DNA from: an uncultured Methanosarcinaceae archaeon | GTDB lineage: Archaea > Halobacteriota > Methanosarcinia > Methanosarcinales > Methanosarcinaceae | Direction: 5' to 3' | Assembly: GCA_963833425.1 (NCBI GenBank) | Contig: CAWHXP010000010.1 | Span: forward strand, 32,001-96,000 | Length of the DNA stretch: 64,000 bases | Part shown: positions 10,431 through 21,264 of the stretch, one piece after another | Layout of the letters: the number at the start of each line of letters is the position of its first letter | Position numbering within the stretch: position 1 is the first letter of the stretch | Translations under genes and position numbers: made by a program | The notes under the pieces: model-generated | What the model was told of the DNA's origin: nothing | The model's input: the letters and a program-made list of their open reading frames with translations, nothing else | Databases searched by the model: none

Positions 10431-11042
10431 TCAGTCCAAACGTGCAATTCTTACAAGAAACTGAATCGGAACATTATAAATTGTATCTGCACCTTTTTTG
10501 TCGACCAGCGCAACTACAACTCTTGGTTTTGCATCCATTTCTCTAAGCTGCTCAATCACTTCTATAATAGTTGAACCGGTGGTAATCACATCATCTACAA
10601 TAACGCAGTTTTTACCGGCAACGGATCCAAAATTTCTGCTTATGGTCCCGCTATGACATAGCTTGACGATATCATGACCTTTACAATGATAAATCGCTAA
10701 ATCTGCACCCAGTTCATATGCCACCATGCTTGCCAGGGGAATACCATTGGCAGCAACACCAACAACAACGTCGACTTCAGTATTTATTTTTTCCAAGGTC
10801 TCAAGCACTATGTCGCAGAGCACAAGTGAGATGTTGTGGAGACGTTTAGCACTTTTTCCTATATTGCTCCAGTTTACGGAAATATCTTTCGGAGCTAGGG
10901 ATAATACTTCTTTTTTTGAACGGTTTAAAAGCCAAGTAACAGTTTCTCTTGAAACGTTGAATTCATCTGCGATCTGACCGGTAATAAGCCCGTTACTCTG
11001 CAGTTCTACAGCTTTCTGAATTAAATCTTCTATATCCTTCAT
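10431..11042 (-). CDS. Orotate phosphoribosyltransferase-like protein with N-terminal HTH (GfcR-type regulator)
   Basis: [19 protein letters not shown] plus the PRPP-binding loop [12 protein letters not shown]. Confidence 0.85.
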   Translation of the reverse strand: MKDIEDLIQKAVELQSNGLITGQIADEFNVSRETVTWLLNRSKKEVLSLAPKDISVNWSNIGKSAKRLHNISLVLCDIVLETLEKINTEVDVVVGVAANGIPLASMVAYELGADLAIYHCKGHDIVKLCHSGTISRNFGSVAGKNCVIVDDVITTGSTIIEVIEQLREMDAKPRVVVALVDKKGADTIYNVPIQFLVRIARLD

Positions 11043-11575
11043 GCGTACATACCCACCTGAAAATTTTATCTGGCTTTATTTCCGGGGCTTCCAAATTAAT
11101 GACAGTATTATAATATCAAGCGTTATATCGCTTTCTTCTCCTAAGATTGAATTTTTTTCTTTAGCATTTGCTACTGCTGCTGTTACTGATAATAAAAAAC
11201 AGTTCTGGTGTAAAAAATAATATTTACGTAATTTGATACTATAATTCTTACCTTTGTTTACTAATTTTCCAGGAAATGAGATTGATTAACTTCCTAATTG
11301 TGAATGCCTATATTGATTTTGTAACAAAGCCAGATTTTTACATTACAATCCCAAATGAAGTTAATTCCCACAGAAAAAAGGTTAGAAGCTACCCCAGAGA
11401 AATGCAGTAGTTTTCTAAAAGTACTTTATTCTGCCTGTAATCGTCTAAAGTATACCGTTAACTGTAACGTTTAATTCGCTTGATTCTGAACCTCAAGTGC
11501 ATAGATCCTAAGTTTGGATAGCTTAAAGTATCAAGTTATTGTCTTCTACTTCAACAGAATAAATCTTATGAAGAG

Positions 11576-12835
11576 ATGAAAGATTTAATGAAGACCACAC
11601 AGATTGATTATGCCCGTGATGGGATACTTACTCATGAAATGAAACAAATCATGGAAAACGAAAATATTGATGAAGATATACTGCTTTCGAGAGTAGCTGA
11701 AGGAAGCCTAGTTATAATGACAAGGAAAAGTTACTCTCCCATAGCCATAGGTAAAGGCAGCAGCACTAAGGTAAATGTTAATCTTGGTACGTCTGCTGCA
11801 AAAATTGATCCTGACGCTGAGATAGAAAAGGTCAAGGTTGCAGAGAAGTATGGAGCAGATACAATCACTGATCTTTCCATGGGTGGAGATATTAAGTCAA
11901 TCCGTGCAAGTATATTAAAAAATTGTAATCTACCTATTACCACGGTGCCAATTTATCAGGCCATTGTGGAGTGTGGTATGAAAGATATCACTGAAGATGA
12001 TCTTTTATCGTATCTAAGGGCTCACGTAGATGAAGGTATGAGTTCTGTGGTGCTGCATTGTGTGGATAAGAAGACACTAGACAAATTGAAGGGAGTGGGT
12101 AGGATAATGGGTATGGTTTCTAAGGGTGGTTCTCTTACAAGTGTTTATATGCTAACAAATGGTTGTGAAAATCCATTCATAAAGAACTTTGAAGAGATTA
12201 TCGAGATACTTAGAAAAAAGGATGTTGTTCTTTCCCTAGGAAATACTATGCGAAGTGGATGCGTTCATGATTTTAGGGACAGTGCCCAGATGATGGAAAT
12301 TGAGACAAATGTCAGGCTTGCAAATAGAGTTAACGAAGAAGGTGTTCAGGTCATAATAGAAGGCATGGGTGGGCATATACAGGCAGCGGATATTCCTACT
12401 CAAGTTGAGCTGTATAAATCAAGATCAAGTTTCCCTCTCTTCGTTGCAGGTCCCCTGCCCACAGACATCGCCCTTGGATATGATCATATCGCAGGAGCAA
12501 TAGGAGCTAGTATTGCAAGCGGTGCAGGGGCAGATTATTTGTGTTATATTACACCTGCAGAGCATCTTTCTCTGCCGAGTTCTCAGCAAGTAAGAGAAGG
12601 TTTAATTGCTTTTAAGATAGCTGCCCATATAGGTGATTCTGTGAAGTATGGAGTTAATTGCAGGGATCTGCTGCTTGCAAAGAAACGTGCACAACTTGAC
12701 TGGAAAGGTCAAATAGATCTTGCACTTGATCCTGACAAACCTAAGGAGATGTGTCCCACAATTGGTCCCTGTTCTATGTGTGGTGAATATTGTGCCATAA
12801 AAATTATGGGAGATTATAGTCAACGTACTGGATAA
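11576..12835 (+). CDS. ThiC/Bza-family radical SAM enzyme (divergent)
   Basis: TKVNVNLGTS, GADTITDLSMGG, GYDHI, LCYITPAEHL and C-terminal CSMCGEYC. Confidence 0.88.
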   Translation: MKDLMKTTQIDYARDGILTHEMKQIMENENIDEDILLSRVAEGSLVIMTRKSYSPIAIGKGSSTKVNVNLGTSAAKIDPDAEIEKVKVAEKYGADTITDLSMGGDIKSIRASILKNCNLPITTVPIYQAIVECGMKDITEDDLLSYLRAHVDEGMSSVVLHCVDKKTLDKLKGVGRIMGMVSKGGSLTSVYMLTNGCENPFIKNFEEIIEILRKKDVVLSLGNTMRSGCVHDFRDSAQMMEIETNVRLANRVNEEGVQVIIEGMGGHIQAADIPTQVELYKSRSSFPLFVAGPLPTDIALGYDHIAGAIGASIASGAGADYLCYITPAEHLSLPSSQQVREGLIAFKIAAHIGDSVKYGVNCRDLLLAKKRAQLDWKGQIDLALDPDKPKEMCPTIGPCSMCGEYCAIKIMGDYSQRTG

Positions 12836-13187
12836 GAGCCTATTCAAAACTAGAAAAATGAATTAACTAATCAGATATGAATTGCATGCTCAGTAAATAC
12901 TAAAAAAGAATTATGGGATACAGAAATGTATTTAGTATATTTTGGTACCATTTAACTATATAATTGATTAACTCGTTTATGAAGTCTGGTTGGTTTGTCA
13001 GAAATGGGATAATGTGTCTGAAATGATATAAATATAAAAAGCCAGCGCCAGGACTTGTATTACCACCTGTCACAAAGTCATTACTGGCGCTACTTTTACC
13101 ATTGTTGTGGATTGCACTAACCTTTATTGCTACCAATGAAGCTGCAATAACAGCCACTAACAAAAGATCTGTTTTAGAGTTTTATTT

Positions 13188-13345
13188 ATGCATAGTTTTT
13201 ATGTTAAAATCCATGGATTTCCTTGGTTCATCATAATAAAAAAATTGCTGATTTGCTATTCGTGGAGCTCATGGAACTCATAGAACGTATGGGGCTTATG
13301 GAACACTTAGAACTAGTTAATCTAGACCACCATAATAAATAAGAA
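13188..13345. repeat. Family A site (13188-13218) plus conserved arm, inverted relative to 7520-7658
   Basis: ATGCATAGTTTT TATGTTA AAATCCATGGAT, then GGAGCTCATGGAACTCATAGAACGTATGGGGCTTATGGAACACTTAGAACTAGTTAA. Confidence 0.7.
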
Positions 13346-13996
13346 AATCCCAACAAGTTGTTGATCTGGTTCCTGGGATCAGGATTATTTATATATGATA
13401 TAAATTAGTAAAACTTGCTAAAATATAGAAAATCTTAAAAAAGTATAAATTATATAATGTTTATATTTTAGAGTTTGACGCATAAATCACAACTTTATGA
13501 TATAAAATTATTAGAGTATTTATGTGTCATTAGGAGAGATTGGAATTGAGCTATTTGACACATAGTTTACCAAGCTGCAGGTATCATTACCGTTTTAGTG
13601 TAATATGTGTCTGATAGTGAATAATTATCATATAGGTCTTTGGCTCTTAGTCTATTCAGCTGAATTTTGATCTCTCCTGTTTTATATGGGATCTTCAGAT
13701 AGACTGAATAATCCATCCAAAACAGAAATTAGTTGCTATACACTCAATATAAATTTTTTGATTTACTTCATAACTTTTAAAATTACTAAGTAACTATTTA
13801 AAAGCCAAATAGATTTTTATCCCTAGGCTATGATATTACTATTAGTATCATATACATTTTTGATAATTTTTCTCCTTCTTCACTATTACGAATGCTTTTG
13901 CCAGAAGTCGATATTTAGGGGCTGTGTCAAGAATGTCAGAATATGTTTTCGGATACAAGGTAGCATGGTAAACTGCTGGTTTTTGTGACTTAGGAA

Positions 13997-14027
13997 ATCC
14001 AGAGATTTTGTGTAAAAATCTCTGCAT
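13997..14027. repeat. Family A site
   Basis: ATCCAGAGATTT TGTGTAA AAATCTCTGCAT. Confidence 0.75.
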
Positions 14028-14120
14028 CATATTTTAAGACAGAATATATTAAAAATATTTATAAAGTAAACCAACAATTACTGTCTTGTAGAACAAATAA
14101 AAAATCTCATACAGTATACT

Positions 14121-14155
14121 AGATACTGTTGATGTGTGCATCATCAACAGTATCT
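14121..14155. repeat. Perfect 14-bp inverted repeat (family B) downstream of cam
   Basis: AGATACTGTTGATG-TGTGCAT-CATCAACAGTATCT; related copy at 33843-33877. Confidence 0.65.
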
Positions 14156-14194
14156 CCTTTCCTATTCATAATGAATTTTGATTTTCCATAATAA

Positions 14195-14959
14195 TTAAGC
14201 AGGTTCAGCTGCTCTATTGTATCCTTTAGCCAAGTTTGTATTTACGTGTACTACAGCTTCATTTGTATGCTTATATGCAAAGTCTTCGGTAATTATTGGC
14301 AGCTTATCAGCGTCTGTCTGAGAAGTGACGACCATACCTGCTGGAATGTACTTATTGTCAGAAATGGTTACGCCAATAGCTGCTGATTTTGGCTCAAGTA
14401 CACAATTGTTTCCTACTTTTGCCTTGAAAACAAGAGTTTGAAAGCCAATAAATGTATCATTACCTACATAAGCCGGACCATGCACCATGGACTGGTGAGC
14501 AAGAGTAACATTTTCTCCCACATAGACAGAGTATTTTTCACCATTGACATAAACAAGATGCTTTTCGACCGGTTTACCTTGTTCGTCAGTTGTCTCAAGG
14601 CCATGAATTACAACTCCATCCTGGACATTGCTATCCGTACCTATGAAAACAGGCATCCCCTCATCTCCACGGATGGATGCCATGGGAGAAACCATCACAT
14701 TAGCACCGATTATCACGTCTCCAATGACCGAAGCCTGGGGATGGATATAAGCTGTGGGATCAATTACAGGATAGATGGGCTTCGGATTCCATGGTGTTAC
14801 GGGATTGCTCATAATATTCGAAAAATTCAACGATGTTAATTGTTTATCCTTTGCTCCATTGTAATGTTGGGCACTTGTGCTCGCGACGGTGGCCACTAAA
14901 ATAGCCAAAATTAAGATTGTAAATATCTGCTTGTGAAACTTCATAACTTTGTGCCTCAT
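14195..14959 (-). CDS. cam: Secreted gamma-class carbonic anhydrase
   Basis: Signal peptide, hexapeptide repeats, SIRGDEGMP, NVQDGVVIHGLET, LAHQSMVHGPA and HTNEAVVHVN. Confidence 0.93.
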   Translation of the reverse strand: MRHKVMKFHKQIFTILILAILVATVASTSAQHYNGAKDKQLTSLNFSNIMSNPVTPWNPKPIYPVIDPTAYIHPQASVIGDVIIGANVMVSPMASIRGDEGMPVFIGTDSNVQDGVVIHGLETTDEQGKPVEKHLVYVNGEKYSVYVGENVTLAHQSMVHGPAYVGNDTFIGFQTLVFKAKVGNNCVLEPKSAAIGVTISDNKYIPAGMVVTSQTDADKLPIITEDFAYKHTNEAVVHVNTNLAKGYNRAAEPA

Positions 14960-15547
14960 TTTTTTGAAAAAGCGATTCGCCCTTTTTTCTTGATCGACTA
15001 ATTTCAGTTAAAATATACAAAATCCCCACTATTATTATTAATTAATTGTACAAAAAATAGTTTCTGAATAAAAGTTACCTCTACATAAGAAATTTTAATT
15101 TTGAACAACAATTTAATATTAATTATGTCTTTATTATTTCCAAATAAATTCCTAAATTTAGCATAGATTTCCTTCTAAAAAAATAACTAAGTTAAATCTC
15201 ATACCAAATTCTGGTCGTGTACAAATCCTAAATGGGTTGATCTTGTTTTTTTTCTTCCCAATGAAAAACAGAAATTGCTCAGTCTATTAGCAGAACAAGT
15301 TAAACAGTTCGGGAAAAATAAGCTTAAAAGTATCGGATTGATGATCTTACTAACTGCACAAACAACATTTTATTGTTGTTAATTTCACGTTGATAGATGT
15401 GATCTCCATGCATAATTTAAAAGGATTGGTTCCCAATTTTTCAGGTCAATGATGAAATTCCTTAAGATAATCAATATTGCTCTATTTTCTTTTTGAGCTT
15501 TCATTAATTGACCTTAACTAGTAATGTAATCACATAAACGGTATAGT

Positions 15548-15823
15548 TCACACGTTCCTAGCGTCTTCCAATCTATAGCCTTGATACATCAACTCTTCTA
15601 ATTTTTCTTTAGAAGGAGTGTCTAATTCGATCTCTCTTCCTGAAGCACCCTGTCCTTTTCGGAGAGCGACTTCTTTAATCATACCAATCATAATTAATTC
15701 AGCGATAGAGTTTGCTACCGTTGTCCTAGCCCTGCAGTTTTCTCCAATCACTTTACTTATTTGGGTGTACGTATCTTTAATTTCGGTTGCAGTATCAATG
15801 ACTGCGATTGTATTTTCTTCCAT
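15548..15823 (-). pseudogene. Isolated C-terminal winged-helix fragment, probably of Cdc6/Orc1
   Basis: YTQISKVIGENCRARTTVANSIAELIMIGMIKEVALRKGQGASGREIEL; begins 8 nt from the site at 15831. Confidence 0.55.
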
Positions 15824-15830
15824 CTCATAT

Positions 15831-15861
15831 ATGCACAGTTTTTGTGGTTGAACCTATGCTT
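15831..15861. repeat. Family A site
   Basis: ATGCACAGTTTT TGTGGTT GAACCTATGCTT. Confidence 0.65.
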
Positions 15862-15985
15862 TTTTTCCATTTAGCGAAAATTGAGAAAGTTTCAACCAAA
15901 AATTAGTTTGCTTGAGTAAGCGAAGCGCATAAAGCAGATAGTGCGCCGTAAAGACGAAGGAAAATGGCAAAACTCGGGTTGAAAA

Positions 15986-16339
15986 TTACTTATTCTTGAT
16001 ATCTTCCAGTATCCGTTCAATTGGCTCCTTTATAGAAGGAACATCTTTCTTTATAGTGCTCCAAATAATGGGAAGATCTACCACAAAGTATCCGTGAACT
16101 ACTTTGTCACGGATTCCTGCCATAAACTTCCATGGAACTTCTGAATATTCATTTTTCAGGGTATCAGGAATATTCTTTGCTGCTTCTCCAATGATTTCCA
16201 GGGATTTCGTCACGGCATATATTGTTTTCTTATCGCCGGAAAATTCATTAAATTCAATTCCTTTGACGAATTCCTCTATATCATCAATAGAACCTAGAAT
16301 ATCCAGCAAAAATTGAGTGGAATCCCGACTGTAAGTCAT
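15986..16339 (-). CDS. HEPN (DUF86/HepT-like) RNase toxin
   Basis: LEIIGEAAKNIP...VPWKFMAGIRDKVVHGY, containing Rx4H. Confidence 0.92.
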   Translation of the reverse strand: MTYSRDSTQFLLDILGSIDDIEEFVKGIEFNEFSGDKKTIYAVTKSLEIIGEAAKNIPDTLKNEYSEVPWKFMAGIRDKVVHGYFVVDLPIIWSTIKKDVPSIKEPIERILEDIKNK

Positions 16340-16644
16340 AAAGATATAACCTCATTAAGGATATGTTTTTCAACATTCTGTTTGAGCCCAGTTCTTGTCA
16401 CTAGGTCTACTTTTACTCCCAGGAGATCACTAAGATAGTATTCAAGTTCAATGTATTTCAGGAGACCAGGTATTTTATCAAATTCTACCAGAATATCAAG
16501 ATCACTATCCTTAGTCTGCTCCCCACGAATATAAGACCCAAAAATTCCCAGATAGCTTACACTATATTTTTCTTTTAACTCAGGTAGATGTTTCCTTAAT
16601 ATCTTGATAAAATATTCTGAATCTTTTAACTCTTGAGAAAGCAT
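16336..16644 (-). CDS. MNT nucleotidyltransferase antitoxin
   Basis: GIFGSYIRGEQTKDSDLDILVEF and KVDLVT; likely start ATG 16644; overlaps HEPN start. Confidence 0.92.
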   Translation of the reverse strand: MLSQELKDSEYFIKILRKHLPELKEKYSVSYLGIFGSYIRGEQTKDSDLDILVEFDKIPGLLKYIELEYYLSDLLGVKVDLVTRTGLKQNVEKHILNEVISL

Positions 16645-16825
16645 TGTATATGGAGTCCTCCAAGTATCCCCACACAAATATGGTGAAAAAGTGAATTTGT
16701 TGCTAACGAGAATACGCATAATATCTATTTGTCATTTTCTCCAGTTTGTTTTTAACTAATGCGTTAGGAGCTTAGTAATGATTATTTTCTTTCCATATAA
16801 GTAGAACACTGTGCCTTAGAGCTAC

Positions 16826-16968
16826 AGTGTACCGGAAGTTCTGTAAAATATTATTTTCATTAACGCACAGGTTTTGCTATAAAACCTATGCATAAGTGTA
16901 ATCAAAAAATATTATTTAGTAATGAAAAAAAGGGTAAACCGTAGTTCTTACAGAACTTTCAGTACACT
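16826..16968. mobile_element. 143-bp MITE-like element with 21-bp IRs, containing a family A site (16863-16893)
   Basis: AGTGTACCGGAAGTTCTGTAA ... TTACAGAACTTTCAGTACACT; inner ACGCACAGGTTT TGCTATA AAACCTATGCAT. Confidence 0.6.
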
Positions 16969-16988
16969 ACCTTCTCTACTTGATTGGG

Positions 16989-17138
16989 GGTTCCGTTGCA
17001 AAAAATCTGAACATTTTACAAAATCGTTGAAAACATTCACAATAAGGAGATTTTAGTTATCAAAGTTGAGTTAAAATAGTATTTAATGGAAATAATAATA
17101 GCCTCAAAGTACAGAAAAATTATTTTTGCAACAGAACC
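16989..17138 (+). mobile_element. IS6-type MITE, 150 bp (copy A)
   Basis: IS6 IRs; 3 mismatches to 26435-26584; left flank TGATTGGG. Confidence 0.92.
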
Positions 17139-17398
17139 AAATAACTATTTAGTCCATCTAAAATAAGTTAACAGATATCTATTCTACGTAATGTATATTT
17201 TTAATTGCTAACTGATGGAAGGATAAAATGGATTATTAACTAACAGTTAATACATAAAAAAATCGAAATTTGCTGCAAATTTATGCAAAAAAAGTTATTT
17301 ATCTTGTTTTAACCAGGCTGAATAGTTATTATTTTAGATTTAATTTTTATAGTCTTCTTCTAAACTGTAAAGTCTAGTACAACTTTCTTAAAATAATA

Positions 17399-17429
17399 AT
17401 ACATCGTTTTTGATATAAAACCTATGCAT
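17399..17429. repeat. Family A site
   Basis: ATACATCGTTTT TGATATA AAACCTATGCAT. Confidence 0.65.
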
Positions 17430-17875
17430 TAGTGGACACAGCAGAAACAGAAGTTTATTCAGTAAAAGTATTGGCTTTGCATGTAATAGGAAGGAAATCG
17501 ACCAAATATTCTACATTCTTATAAACTATAGAACATCAGATTTTCCAAGCATGTAAGTTCAAGTAGTTGGTGTCCTTCATATTTTTTCATTAATGATTAC
17601 GCCTGCAGCGATCGCTCATCTATTTGCAAAACGACCCAAACAAGACATAATAATCTCCATATTTATTGCTCTAATAGCGACGTGGCTTAGACTCTTCATT
17701 TAGTTTTATGAGCCCTTGAACAGTGAGCTTTTTTAAAACGTATGCATAAATTATTGTTTCTATGAAGTCTGTACAAGTTAGGCACATAGAAAGACAGCAT
17801 CGTAAGCTCTAATGACGTTGTCCACATTGAGATTTACCAAGCTGCCCCGTCTACAACATTGTTTATTTGGTGAAC

Positions 17876-19858
17876 TTATACCCGCTCAACATCCAGAGAA
17901 GCTATCTGGGATGATATGTTAAGCATACTAGCAGGGATCATCACCTGGTAATCAGACACTTTTTGTAAATCGGTTGGAGCAACTTGAATTCGAGTATAAG
18001 TGCCCATATTTTTTACATTTATTTTTGGTGTGTGCCCCATTTTATACCCCCAAACTTCATTGATTACTCTTTTGACTCCATGGCTTTTTGGGGAATCGCC
18101 TTGTGATATCATCCATTGTTTTGGTGTGTAGAGATATTGTGTATTTTTGGTTGTCATAAGCGGTGCACGCGGAGTTGTGAATGTTCCCACTTTCCAGACA
18201 CCTTTTTCCTTAGTTGCTTGCGTGTAAAAAACAGTCCAAACTCCATTATTATCTTGCGCAGGAATCCAGAGTTTCAAGATGTTTCCGTCATCACTAAATA
18301 CACCTGCACTACGATATAATAGAACATCCTGGTGTGTTGCAGATGATGAATCCTTGAGGTTTAGAAGTGATGTGTTTTGAACTGTAAAATTATCGGTGTA
18401 GTTATTTGCAGTTGCAATATGTAGATCGTGGGTGAATTTACCGCCTTTACTCATCAATGTAAATAATGCATATATTGTTGAATTTCCTGGATAATTCATT
18501 GTATTCATGTGCCAGGGCTGGTAGTTGCTCGATTGATCCACAGCTTGTTTATTACCAAAATGAATCCCATCAGTGGACGTGTATCTGTTTATTACATGCG
18601 GGACAGGATCGATATCAACAATCCACATGTAATATGTTCTTGTAGCTTCATCATACAATACAGCTGGTGATACGCCATGACCATTGACATTTATTTCTGG
18701 TGAAACAGTAATACCATCATACGTTTTAACCTTCGGATCTTCTACGATTTCATCACCAACGACATCCCCTATGACATAGTAGCACATGAATTTCCCAGTA
18801 TTAGGATTGTATATTATATGCGAATCAGAACCATATGGATCAGAACCACGTGAATCAGAACCATATGGATCAGAACCATATGGATCAAGACCATAGACAT
18901 TTGCTTCATACTCAGATTCTATTGGTGTTCCAATAGGATTTTTCACTCCTGGCGGTACATACCAAACCAGTCCATCATCAGAATAGTACAAACATGCATT
19001 TTCAAGCTCACCTCTCGAGTATGCATATGGTGTAATAAACATCCACCATTTGTGACCAAAGACGCCAGTCTTATTGAAATAGATAGATGGATGATTGAAC
19101 TGATTATATCCGTATGGGTCAGGTATTGATAACGGTAGACGATTTTGAGTTGCATTTAGCATGCACATATTTGCACTACCAGCAGAATCATAACTGTATA
19201 CCACTGTATGTGAAACATTGTCTTCGATGAAGTCATTTAGCCTGATCCCAGGGGTTGGCATCTGAATATCCGAACTTTCTGAGTTTACCCAAATCATTGC
19301 TTTGTCTATTCCTTGACTTTGGAATGAACCACCACCGGCTTTGAAATATGTATGCCACCAATCTGTTCCCCTAATCCCACCTACGGGTGCGCCGGAACCA
19401 AAAGAAACGTCAGAGAATGTGCCTAGGTTATGAGTGCCCCCTGTTAGTGTTTCATTGATAGCCAATTCAATGCCGTTAGTGAATGGCTTATTCAGCACAA
19501 CATTCGCAGAAGATGTGTTTCCAGAACCTGACAAAACCAAATGTCCATTTTGTATGTCTACTGTTGAATTATTGCTTCCTTCTTTGTAAGCCGTCCACTT
19601 TGATGTATTTAAGCTGTCTGAGCTAAAGTTATCGTATGTCCACATGACTAGATCTCCATTGGGAGAATAGCCAGGAGTATCGTACACATTGAAATGTTGT
19701 GTGCTGCCATTCATATTGACTTTGAGCCACAAGTTATGCTGGGGATCAATGTAATAAGGCTGTACAGAAGATTTCAAGGGCGTAGATGTTGCAAGTGAAG
19801 TTGACAACAATAAAATCATGCTTATTAATATAAAGAATATTTTATATTTCAGTTCCAT
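17876..19858 (-). CDS. Secreted protein with glycosidase-like beta-propeller region
   Basis: Signal peptide; FNHPSIYF...WWMFITPY...ENACLYYSDDGLVW (Asp-box-like); paralog of 40101..42179. Confidence 0.65.
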   Translation of the reverse strand: MELKYKIFFILISMILLLSTSLATSTPLKSSVQPYYIDPQHNLWLKVNMNGSTQHFNVYDTPGYSPNGDLVMWTYDNFSSDSLNTSKWTAYKEGSNNSTVDIQNGHLVLSGSGNTSSANVVLNKPFTNGIELAINETLTGGTHNLGTFSDVSFGSGAPVGGIRGTDWWHTYFKAGGGSFQSQGIDKAMIWVNSESSDIQMPTPGIRLNDFIEDNVSHTVVYSYDSAGSANMCMLNATQNRLPLSIPDPYGYNQFNHPSIYFNKTGVFGHKWWMFITPYAYSRGELENACLYYSDDGLVWYVPPGVKNPIGTPIESEYEANVYGLDPYGSDPYGSDSRGSDPYGSDSHIIYNPNTGKFMCYYVIGDVVGDEIVEDPKVKTYDGITVSPEINVNGHGVSPAVLYDEATRTYYMWIVDIDPVPHVINRYTSTDGIHFGNKQAVDQSSNYQPWHMNTMNYPGNSTIYALFTLMSKGGKFTHDLHIATANNYTDNFTVQNTSLLNLKDSSSATHQDVLLYRSAGVFSDDGNILKLWIPAQDNNGVWTVFYTQATKEKGVWKVGTFTTPRAPLMTTKNTQYLYTPKQWMISQGDSPKSHGVKRVINEVWGYKMGHTPKINVKNMGTYTRIQVAPTDLQKVSDYQVMIPASMLNISSQIASLDVERV

Positions 19859-20400
19859 ATTATCACAAAATTTTTTAAAATATCTTGATAGTTTTACTGA
19901 CTTGTATATTTAATTTTAGAGATAGGCGATTTTCAGTAATAATAAGTAATTTATGTCATAACATGGTAAATAATACGCATGTTAATCTATAAATATTTTA
20001 GTATGTTTAAAAAATATGATTCGCTAAAAAATTATAAACACCACTTTAGAAATTAAGACAGTTTGCTTTGAATAGCTGGGCTAGAAATACAACCAAAAAA
20101 AGAAGTTTTTCAGCAACGATCTTGTTTGCTAACAAAATAAACAGTAACAAGGACGCAATATAAGTATTACTCATCAAAAACCAAAGCAAATCGGACTATA
20201 GCAGACTTCATCTCTTTAAAATTAAACAAGCGAATTTATTACTTTTATACTTCAAATACAAAATCCTTTAACAGTAATGATGGATTTTAATTTTCTTTTC
20301 CGATAATTCGTTTCAAATTTGAAAAGATAGGTAAACAAAAGAACTCTTCAATTAAATATAGGTTTATAGAAATTCTCGTCAAAACCCAATTAAGATTTTA

Positions 20401-20550
20401 GGTTCTGTTGCAAAAATAATTTTTCTGTACTTTGAGTCTATTATTATTTCCTTTAAATGCTAATTTAACTCAACTTTGATAACTAAAATCTCCTTATTGT
20501 GAATGTTTTCAATGATTTTGTAAAATGTTCAGATTTTTTGCAACGGTACC
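20401..20550 (-). mobile_element. IS6-type MITE, 150 bp (copy B, inverted)
   Basis: Reverse complement nearly identical to copies A and C; truncates the adjacent gene. Confidence 0.92.
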
Positions 20551-20810
20551 GTCCATTTTAATGTATTTAAGCTGCCGGAGCTGAAATTATCGTATGCCCA
20601 CATAACTATATCTCCATCAGGAGAATAACCAGGTGTATTGTACACATTAAAATGTTGTGTGCTGCCATTCATGTTGACTTTGAGCCACAAATTATGGTGG
20701 GGGTCGATGTAATATGACTGTGCCGTAGATTTTACAGTCTGAGTTGCTGCAAGTGCAGGAGCAGACGATAAGATTATGCTGATTAATAAAAAGAATACTT
20801 TATATTTCAT
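20551..20810 (-). pseudogene. 5' fragment of a third secreted propeller paralog
   Basis: YYIDPHHNLWLKVNMNGSTQHFNVY...SLNTLKWT, then reads into the MITE. Confidence 0.9.
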
Positions 20811-21264
20811 TTCCAGGATGTTTCCATCTTTTAAGTGTTATTGTGATAGTTTTACTGAAGGATGGGCTAAATTTCAAAGTATACAGTTTTTTAATTTAAT
20901 AAAAGTCAGTATAATTAGAAAGCCTACTTAAAAGTAAGAGTGCTTGTGTATTTATACTTATACATCTCTAAATAAAATTACATATGTTAAAAAAAACACC
21001 TGTCTGGCGTCATAAAATAAATATAATAGCACTTATGTGGTTGAAAATCAAAAAAATCAGCAAGATAAAATCATTAATTATCTAACACTTTCATTTATTT
21101 GGTTAAAAATGTATTAATATCAAAATGAATGTTGCAATAATCTATTAGATGGGGAGAACAATCGTTTAAATTACTAATATCAACAAATTCATTAGTTATA
21201 GACCAGTTGGACTTTAAGGAACTATTTTTTAAAAGAGCTATTAAATTATATAACTCTTAAAATA

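Noticed and set aside
13475..13505. dif-like TTGACGCATAA-N9-TTATGATATAA
   Set aside because: Spacer is 9 nt rather than the 6 nt of Xer/dif sites; single weak occurrence.
2789..17429. Family A palindromes as a CRISPR array
   Set aside because: Copies are 0.5-5 kb apart with genes between them, not 30-45-nt spacers; no cas genes in the window.
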